Of a DNA stretch of 64,000 nucleotides, positions 63,998-64,000 are shown piece by piece. The notes beneath the pieces are model-generated. The model saw only the letters and a program-made list of their open reading frames with translations, was not told where the DNA came from and did not search any database. The stretch comes from Deltaproteobacteria bacterium (lineage in GTDB: Bacteria; Desulfobacterota; Desulfobacteria; Desulfobacterales; JAHEIW01). The position numbers and the translations under genes are program-made. The stretch spans positions 976 through 64,975 of the forward strand of contig JAHEIW010000011.1 in assembly GCA_024639185.1 (NCBI GenBank), in the 5' to 3' direction. Each line of letters opens with the position of its first letter. Position 1 is the first letter of the stretch.

Positions 63998-64000
63998 CCG

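Noticed and set aside
1-64000. Search for tRNA, rRNA, tmRNA, transposase, integrase, toxin-antitoxin or known defence-system genes
   Set aside because: I found no T-loop-type GGTTCGAATCC-like sequences or rRNA-like segments. No ORF has a DDE, tyrosine or serine recombinase signature, and none has nuclease or helicase defence signatures. The window appears to be core chromosome.

Overview
This 64-kb window looks like ordinary chromosome and is densely coding (about 55 genes). I found no rRNA, tRNA, CRISPR array, transposase, integrase or phage genes. Gene content suggests a Desulfobacterota (deltaproteobacterial) anaerobe; this is an inference from lutABC, a DUF362-ferredoxin, a flavoredoxin-like protein and the DUF4390-NtrY-NtrX synteny, with no database search done.

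Main blocks in order:
- OmpA lipoprotein, then a J-domain protein.
- A long minus-strand cluster: lgt, flavin-reductase-like, M24 peptidase, NMT1-type ABC transporter, ilvD.
- Signalling genes: a tyrosine phosphatase, a CheY-like receiver and a GAF-GGDEF protein.
- lutABC.
- A translationally coupled operon: Cache-GAF-cyclase, MlaE, MlaF-like, MlaD, TPR lipoprotein.
- AI-2E transporter, then livKHMGF.
- GlcD-like oxidase, a Pot-like ABC transporter and a B3/4-domain protein.
- AsmA-like giant protein, SRPBCC protein and a hypothetical.
- Metallophosphoesterase, DUF362, USP, and a vWA-OmpA protein.
- A glyoxylate-shunt operon in the order aceK-aceB-aceA.
- comM, DUF4390-ntrY-ntrX, rsmD, coaD, a LysR regulator and a DUF368 protein.

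No obvious defence or mobile system is present. The signals most worth a second look are:
1. A ~142-bp near-palindromic element family with four full copies and one half copy. Every copy starts at or within 1-13 nt of a stop codon, all lie in the same orientation relative to the upstream gene, and the arms carry compensatory changes.
2. Many other long 3-prime intergenic hairpins whose arms are tandem 7-10-mers.
3. The cyclase-Mla operon, in which both the cyclase domain and the ABC ATPase have lost their canonical catalytic motifs.
4. A URO-D family gene with an apparent in-frame internal deletion, lying between two inverted copies of the element.
5. An AceK-regulated glyoxylate shunt in an anaerobe-type gene context.

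All functional calls come from motif and family recognition by eye. No searches were run.
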